From positions 2,848,001-2,912,000 of the forward strand of contig CBDBCY010000004.1 in NCBI GenBank assembly GCA_965203555.1: DNA of 64,000 nucleotides. The letters run 5' to 3'. Source of the stretch: Acidimicrobiia bacterium (GTDB lineage: Bacteria > Actinomycetota > Acidimicrobiia > Spongiisociales > ZC4RG35). A model generated the notes under the pieces. That model did not search any database. It saw only the letters and a program-made list of their open reading frames with translations, and was not told the DNA's origin. Below, piece after piece: positions 57,878-64,000 of the stretch. How positions within the stretch are numbered: position 1 is the first letter of the stretch; each line of letters starts with the position of its first letter. Made by a program: the position numbers and the translations under genes.

Positions 57878-60800
57878 ATGACAACCAGCAAACGAGTCCT
57901 TGCATTGACGATTGCGCTGTCCCTCGCTCTCGGGCTGGTGGCAGCAACGATGTCCACAACGACACCGGCAATCGCCGCCGAGGAATGCAAGATCAAAAAA
58001 ATAGGACAATGGACCATCTACACGATCAACAATGGACAGTCCTACTACGCCGTAACCGGCTCGGAAGAAGACGCGGAGCTGAGGGAACGGTGCGGCCTGC
58101 CACCCCTCACTACGACCACCACAACAACTACGGCCACCACTACGACCACGACAACCACGACCACTCTACCTCAGGACGACAATGATGATGCTGTCACGGG
58201 CGTGAATACGAACTCGATCAGGACCACTACTGATGGGACCGGGGGCGGGACAGGTGATGTGAACACCGACAGCGTCACAACTCAAACCCTCGGGACGAGC
58301 TGGGAACCTGCGGTGACTGTCGAGCCAGCGAACCCCTCTACCAAGGGCAGGTGGTCTCAGTTCAAGTTCACAATGACACCAGCACCAAGGAGGGACAGAA
58401 CTTCTGTTCTAGTGGAGGTGTATGTGCCTAGGTTCGGGCGCTACAAAACCTTTGTACCCATGAAAAGCGCCACCAAAGTGACGGGCTTTAGGGCCCAAGA
58501 TGATGATGAGTCGACAATCACGGTCAAGATCCTGGAACGCAACAACCATGACGAGTATGTGGTGGGTAGCCCCTCCTCTGCCTCCGTCACAGTGCCAGCG
58601 GCGTCCGATTATCCCACTGTGAACATTGAAAAGCATGAGACTACCCCTAGTATCGAGGAGGGAGGAGTTGCTAGGTTTCTCATAACGGCCGACAAGTCGA
58701 TACCCGCTTTCTGGGATGTGATGGTTGATGTTTCGCAGACCAACGGCCCGTTTACCACACAGTTGGGAGAACAACCCGTTGAGTTCGGCCCCGGGGACAC
58801 GAGTGTCATCTTCGAAGTGGAAACCGATCCCGACGACGTTTGCGAGGACGACGGGCAGATAATCGCTGAGCTCTCGGATAGCGTCATCTACACGGTCGGG
58901 TCCAATGATTCGGCGATCGTCCCCGTGACAGACGACGATCGTGAAAGGGCGCCAGTCTCTACAACGATCGGTGAGGGTTCTTTGACCCTGAAACCGAGGA
59001 CGTACAGTTTTGCGGGGAGGCAATGGACCAATAAGAGAGATAGGACGCTCCGTGTAGGCGGGTGGAAGCTGACGTGGGATCCCTGCCTGGATGGGGACAA
59101 CGTCCTGGAGGCCAACGTCATCAAGAACTTCACGACGAACCTCATGTCCTATTTCTTAGGGGGGACCTTTGATTGTTATACCACGATTTGCCAAGAGTTA
59201 AACCATGCTATCCGCAACGGAAACCAGTGCTTGAACGACGCCGCGGAGAGAATGGTCCGCTGGGGCCTGGAAAGGATCAGAGACGACGAGGATGTGAACA
59301 GTGGCTTTCCTGACCTGGGGGACTGCCATGTCGTAGAGTGGGATGATGACACTCCCACGTTCACGGTTTCCGCTCATCGATCTACTGTGACGGAGGGGGA
59401 TGAGGTCCGGTTCGATTTCGACTGGACCACTCCCAATGGCCAGAACCCGGAGCGTCGAACCGTCAACCTGAGGATAGTGACGGTCGGCAGCTTCCTGGAG
59501 GAAGAACCGCCGTCTACTCATGTCCTCGGAAAGAACGACGCGTTCAGCCACCGGGACAAGTACCGCACCCTGAAGCTGGAAACCGATAATGACGGCGTGG
59601 TAGAGCGCTTCGGAACCGTGCAACTCATTATTCTTCCTCCTAGCGACGATGACCACGTCTACGCTGTGGGCGAGGACAGTACTGCCATCGTCACCGTTCT
59701 CGACGATGACGAGGCCGTCACTTTCACTTCAACCACGCCTGCCCCTGTGGTCGAGGGAAATCGGCTCACGTTCTCAGTATCGGTCACCAAACACGCCAGA
59801 GATGGTATTCTGTCTGTGTCGGTTACGGAAACCGGGAACATGCTGAAACGCGATCGGGGCCATCCGCCCACCCAGGTCAACATCAGCAACGGCAACGGTA
59901 CCCTGTACGTCGACACGGTCAACGACACGCACCGGGAATGTCCTAGCACGATCAGTGTGACCAGCACCGACCCCCGCATCGGCAGTTCCAACACCGCCAG
60001 CGTGACGGTGGCCGACTACGAGAGGCCTGACAACGACGGGCCCACTGTGTCCATCATGCCCACCCGTCGCGGGTCGGCGATAACCGAAGGCCAAGACGCT
60101 TCGTTCACCATCACATCCACCGACTCGTCCAAGGCCGTGCCCGTGTTCTACCGCGTGACCCTCGGAACCAGTTGGGGTGCTCACTCCGACTGGCGGTGTG
60201 CAAGTGTCCAGGGCACCCAAACCGTATCCATCGCCACTTCGGACGATAGCGTTGACGAACCGGACGGGCCGCTGACCGTTTCACTGAGCAGCTCGCACCC
60301 ACACTACACCGTCTCTAGCAAGTCGCCGTCTGCTTCGGTGACCGTTAACGACGATGATGGGGGCGTCACCGTGGCCGCACCCAGTGCGCAGATCGGCAGC
60401 GCCGGCAATGTCATAGCGGGGGACGAGTTTGGCGTGTGGGTTGGCTTCTGCAACGAAGATGACCCGCCGAGCAGGGTCCGGGTCGAGGTAGAGCGCCCGG
60501 GTTATTCCGACAAGCACAGGTGGGTTTCTATAGACCATACCTACGATTGTTGGAACTACGGATTCTTCCATGAGAGCACCTCTTCAACCGGAACGGCCCG
60601 AATCACCGTGGTGGAAGGCGATGGCTATACCCATGGTGCCAGCACCTCTATCACCATTACGGCTGCCGGCACCTCCAGGACTACGGCTAGGCAAACCGTC
60701 TCCTACTCCACGGGCGGAGGCTCTCCCGTGACCTTCACGTCTCCGACCACCACCGTCAACGACGAAGTTCCGTCTGCTCCGCGTTCTTTGTCGGGGTCTT

Positions 60801-63800
60801 CGAATACGGCGGGTACGGCGGTGTCTTTGTCGTGGTCTGTTCCGAGCAACTACGGTACAGCGGCGATTTCCGGCTATCAGTATCGGTACAAGCTCAGCAG
60901 CGGCAGTTCGTGGACATCTTGGTCATCTCAGAGCAGTACTTCGGTGACGATTAGTGGTCTGTCGCCAGGTACTTCTTACGATTTTGAGGTGAGAGCCAGT
61001 AACAGCGCGGGAGACGGAGAGGCCGCGTCGACCACGGTCGCCACTGCTGTTGCGGCTTTGCCGGTGTTGTCGGTTTCTCGGTATCAGTCGGGTGTGACCG
61101 AGGGCGGCACTGCTTATTTCCGGGTGACCTCGGACAAGGTGGTTCCCTCTAGCATTTCGGTGGGTTTTTCCCGGTCACAGCAGGGGTCGTTCGCTAGTTG
61201 GAGCGGCAGCGGAACGGTCACTATTAGCAGTGGTAACACCCGGTCGGGGTGGATCAGCGTGTCCACTGTTGATGACAGCACGGACGAACCGAACGGTTCG
61301 CTTACCTTGACCTTGAACAGTGGTACCGGTTATACGGTGGGGTCGCCGTCGTCTGTTTCGGTGACTGTCAACGACGACGATGTTGCGGTGTTGCCGGTGT
61401 TGTCGGTTTCTCGGTATCAGTCGGGTGTGACCGAGGGCGGCACTGCTTATTTCCGGGTGACGTCGGATAGGTCTGTGCCTTCTAGCATTTCGGTGGGTTT
61501 TTCCCGGTCGCAGAGTGGGTCGTTCGCGAGTTGGAGCGGTAGCGGAACGGTCACTATTAGTAGCGGTAACACTCGATCGGGTTGGATAGCGGTGACCACC
61601 CAAAACGACAGCGTGGACGAACCGAACGGTTCGCTTACCTTGACCTTGAACAGTGGTACCGGTTACACGGTGGGGTCGCCGTCGTCTGTTTCGGTGACTG
61701 TCAACGACGACGATGTTGCGGTGTTGCCGGTGTTGTCGGTTTCTCGGTATCAGTCGAGTGTGACCGAGGGCAGCACCGCCTATTTCCGGGTGACCTCGGA
61801 CAAGGTGGTTCCCTCCAGCATTTCGGTGGGTTTTTCCCGGTCACAGCAGGGGTCGTTCGCTAGTTGGAGCGGCAGCGGAACGGTCACTATTAGCAGTGGT
61901 AACACCCGGTCGGGGTGGATCAGCGTGTCCACTGTCAACGACAGCACGGACGAACCGAACGGTTCGCTTACCTTGACCTTGAACAGTGGTACCGGTTACA
62001 CGGTGGGGTCGCCGTCGTCTGTTTCGGTGACTGTCAACGACGACGATGTTGCGGTGTTGCCGGTGTTGTCGGTTTCTCGGTATCAGTCGAGTGTGACCGA
62101 GGGCAGCACCGCCTATTTCCGGGTGACCTCGGACAAGGTGGTTCCCTCCAGCATTTCGGTGGGTTTTTCCCGGTCACAGCAGGGGTCGTTCGCTAGTTGG
62201 AGCGGCAGCGGAACGGTCACTATTAGCAGTGGTAACACCCGGTCGGGGTGGATCAGCGTGTCCACTGTCAACGACAGCACGGACGAACCGAACGGTTCGC
62301 TTACCTTGACCTTGAACAGTGGTACCGGTTATACGGTGGGGTCGCCGTCGTCTGTTTCGGTGACTGTCAACGACGACGATGTTGCGGTGTTGCCGGTGTT
62401 GTCGGTTTCTCGGTATCAGTCGGGTGTGACCGAGGGCGGCACTGCTTATTTCCGGGTGACGTCGGATAGGTCTGTGCCTTCTAGCATTTCGGTGGGTTTT
62501 TCCCGGTCGCAGAGTGGGTCGTTCGCGAGTTGGAGCGGTAGCGGAACGGTCACTATTAGTAGCGGTAACACTCGATCGGGTTGGATAGCGGTGACCACCC
62601 AAAACGACAGCGTGGACGAGCCGGATGGTTCGCTTACCTTGACCTTGAACAGTGGTACCGGTTATACGGTGGGGTCGCCGTCGTCTGCCTCCATCACCGT
62701 CAGGGACAATGATGAGGCGCCCGTGACCTGCTCGTCTGGTCAGGCCAAAAAGAATGGCGTCTGTGGTTACCCGGTGCTGACCCTCGGTAGGGAGACATCT
62801 GGTGTCACTGAGGGCGAGCGAGTTCGGTTCAAGATTTACTCGGATCGCCCGGTCACCAGGTCAACCAATGTGAAGGTCTTTCGCCAGGAGAGGGGCAATT
62901 TCGGCATCTCGACGGGCACTTCCTCTGTCGGGATTTCAGCGGGTGATGGACCGTGGTCCTTCTCCTACAGCACCACCGACGACTCCACCGATGAGTCGGA
63001 TGGATCGGTGCAGGCGTCCCTGCGTTATGGTTCCTACTACACGCCTGGCTCCCCATCGTCGGCTAGCGTGGCGATACGGGACAACGATGATCCACCTGCT
63101 GTGATCTCGACGGTCAGCATCAGTGGTGGTAGGGCCGTTACTGAGGGAGAGAATGTGGTATTCACCCTCACCGCTACCCCGAGACCAACGGAGGCGATAT
63201 CGGTCAGGGTGCATATCGCGGACCCCTACAGCGATGATCCGGGGATAACCATTTTCCTCACCGACTACAGCGAAAGGACCGTGCGCATTGGCACCAGCGG
63301 TAGGGCCACACTTTCCCTCGCCACCGATGACGATCAAGAGGACGAGAGGGACGATGATGTCGTAGCCACCATCAAGCCGTCGGCGTCAGAGTATCGCATT
63401 GGCACCGCCTCAGCCTCAGTTCGGGTGAGGGACAACGATGTGGCGGATACCTGCGCCTACGGTCAGACGAAGAAAAACGGTTCCTGCGGTTACCCGATAT
63501 TGACTGTCGAGAGGGTCTCATCGAGTGTTACCGAAGGCCAGGCTGCCCAATTCAGGATCCGCTCTGATCGGCGTGTGCCAAATTCCATCTCCGTCAATTA
63601 CCAACGCTCGGTGAGTGGTAGCTTCGGCATCTCCGCACGCAACTCCGCTGCTGGGAGTTTCCGGGGCAATGGCCCATGGGTGTTCAGCCTGAGTACTAGT
63701 AATGACAGTGTTGACGAACCTGATGGCTCGGTGACGGTGAGCTTGCGGAGTGGCCCCAGATATAGGGTTGGCAACCAATCATCGGCGACGGTGACCATTC

Positions 63801-64000
63801 GGGACAACGATGCGCCCGTCTCCACCGCCTGTCCCACTGGTCAGACGAGGAAAAACAGTGTCTGCGGCTATCCGGTGCTGACGATTGTTAAGGTGTCGTC
63901 GAGTATCACCGAGGGTCAGACCGCCAACTTCAACATCCGATCGGATCGCCGTGTTCCGGCCTCCCTCAGGGTGCAGCTCTACCGCTCGACGAGCGCTGGT
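57878..64000 (+). CDS. giant secreted/surface protein with Calx-beta-like repeats and an FN3 domain (partial, >2040 aa)
   Basis: Not in ORF track because it has no stop. ATG after GAGGA, signal peptide MTTSKRVLALTIALSL.., poly-Thr linker, repeated VTEG..DEPDGS..YTVGSPSS..DDD; FN3 at ~60766-61050. Confidence 0.88.
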   Translation, partial: MTTSKRVLALTIALSLALGLVAATMSTTTPAIAAEECKIKKIGQWTIYTINNGQSYYAVTGSEEDAELRERCGLPPLTTTTTTTTATTTTTTTTTTLPQDDNDDAVTGVNTNSIRTTTDGTGGGTGDVNTDSVTTQTLGTSWEPAVTVEPANPSTKGRWSQFKFTMTPAPRRDRTSVLVEVYVPRFGRYKTFVPMKSATKVTGFRAQDDDESTITVKILERNNHDEYVVGSPSSASVTVPAASDYPTVNIEKHETTPSIEEGGVARFLITADKSIPAFWDVMVDVSQTNGPFTTQLGEQPVEFGPGDTSVIFEVETDPDDVCEDDGQIIAELSDSVIYTVGSNDSAIVPVTDDDRERAPVSTTIGEGSLTLKPRTYSFAGRQWTNKRDRTLRVGGWKLTWDPCLDGDNVLEANVIKNFTTNLMSYFLGGTFDCYTTICQELNHAIRNGNQCLNDAAERMVRWGLERIRDDEDVNSGFPDLGDCHVVEWDDDTPTFTVSAHRSTVTEGDEVRFDFDWTTPNGQNPERRTVNLRIVTVGSFLEEEPPSTHVLGKNDAFSHRDKYRTLKLETDNDGVVERFGTVQLIILPPSDDDHVYAVGEDSTAIVTVLDDDEAVTFTSTTPAPVVEGNRLTFSVSVTKHARDGILSVSVTETGNMLKRDRGHPPTQVNISNGNGTLYVDTVNDTHRECPSTISVTSTDPRIGSSNTASVTVADYERPDNDGPTVSIMPTRRGSAITEGQDASFTITSTDSSKAVPVFYRVTLGTSWGAHSDWRCASVQGTQTVSIATSDDSVDEPDGPLTVSLSSSHPHYTVSSKSPSASVTVNDDDGGVTVAAPSAQIGSAGNVIAGDEFGVWVGFCNEDDPPSRVRVEVERPGYSDKHRWVSIDHTYDCWNYGFFHESTSSTGTARITVVEGDGYTHGASTSITITAAGTSRTTARQTVSYSTGGGSPVTFTSPTTTVNDEVPSAPRSLSGSSNTAGTAVSLSWSVPSNYGTAAISGYQYRYKLSSGSSWTSWSSQSSTSVTISGLSPGTSYDFEVRASNSAGDGEAASTTVATAVAALPVLSVSRYQSGVTEGGTAYFRVTSDKVVPSSISVGFSRSQQGSFASWSGSGTVTISSGNTRSGWISVSTVDDSTDEPNGSLTLTLNSGTGYTVGSPSSVSVTVNDDDVAVLPVLSVSRYQSGVTEGGTAYFRVTSDRSVPSSISVGFSRSQSGSFASWSGSGTVTISSGNTRSGWIAVTTQNDSVDEPNGSLTLTLNSGTGYTVGSPSSVSVTVNDDDVAVLPVLSVSRYQSSVTEGSTAYFRVTSDKVVPSSISVGFSRSQQGSFASWSGSGTVTISSGNTRSGWISVSTVNDSTDEPNGSLTLTLNSGTGYTVGSPSSVSVTVNDDDVAVLPVLSVSRYQSSVTEGSTAYFRVTSDKVVPSSISVGFSRSQQGSFASWSGSGTVTISSGNTRSGWISVSTVNDSTDEPNGSLTLTLNSGTGYTVGSPSSVSVTVNDDDVAVLPVLSVSRYQSGVTEGGTAYFRVTSDRSVPSSISVGFSRSQSGSFASWSGSGTVTISSGNTRSGWIAVTTQNDSVDEPDGSLTLTLNSGTGYTVGSPSSASITVRDNDEAPVTCSSGQAKKNGVCGYPVLTLGRETSGVTEGERVRFKIYSDRPVTRSTNVKVFRQERGNFGISTGTSSVGISAGDGPWSFSYSTTDDSTDESDGSVQASLRYGSYYTPGSPSSASVAIRDNDDPPAVISTVSISGGRAVTEGENVVFTLTATPRPTEAISVRVHIADPYSDDPGITIFLTDYSERTVRIGTSGRATLSLATDDDQEDERDDDVVATIKPSASEYRIGTASASVRVRDNDVADTCAYGQTKKNGSCGYPILTVERVSSSVTEGQAAQFRIRSDRRVPNSISVNYQRSVSGSFGISARNSAAGSFRGNGPWVFSLSTSNDSVDEPDGSVTVSLRSGPRYRVGNQSSATVTIRDNDAPVSTACPTGQTRKNSVCGYPVLTIVKVSSSITEGQTANFNIRSDRRVPASLRVQLYRSTSAG
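61058..62715 (+). repeat. five near-identical 333-bp coding tandem repeats
   Basis: TTGCCGGTGTTGTCGGTTTCTCGG at 61058, 61391, 61724, 62057, 62390. Confidence 0.95.

Noticed and set aside
61058-62715. Repeat array as CRISPR or DGR template/variable repeats
   Set aside because: Units are 333-bp in-frame coding repeats with no spacers, no adenine-specific variation and no reverse transcriptase in the window.
1-64000. tRNA, rRNA or cas genes
   Set aside because: None recognised by eye; a tRNAscan-SE/Infernal run would be needed to exclude them.

Overview
High-GC window most consistent with an Acidimicrobiia-type actinobacterium; this is inferred from mshA, LLM oxidoreductases and the cytochrome b N-terminus. 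The Calx-beta/FN3 giant surface protein and IS debris suggest a host-associated lineage such as a sponge symbiont. Core blocks: (i) a respiratory locus (cytochrome b N-terminus, 2x[4Fe-4S] ferredoxin, membrane protein) divergent from a cbb3-like ccoN-ccoO-cytochrome c operon whose CcoN has lost every metal-binding His; (ii) mshA region, lutABC, phnX; (iii) aroF-tyrA, crcB pair, nadE; (iv) mgtE, greA, a selenocysteine-type selD, and metX under a SAM-I riboswitch. Accessory DNA includes an island at ~18.4-31.9 kb (MNT-HEPN fusion, PD-(D/E)XK nucleases, a protease split by an IS1182-like element, a DUF6036-like TA pair, IS110 and integrase debris), an IS-flanked animal-type heme peroxidase, a soluble kinase-regulator fusion and a >2000-aa repeat surface protein running off the right edge. 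The most notable candidates are the ligand-less CcoN system with two cytochromes sharing a duplicated N-terminal module, an EndoIV-PrimPol fusion, a HisA pseudo-enzyme-VOC fusion, a MoaD-membrane protein fusion with an internal GG, and a symmetric GT-rich to CA-rich strand skew on mobile or accessory units. All family assignments are from motif recognition by eye; no searches were run.
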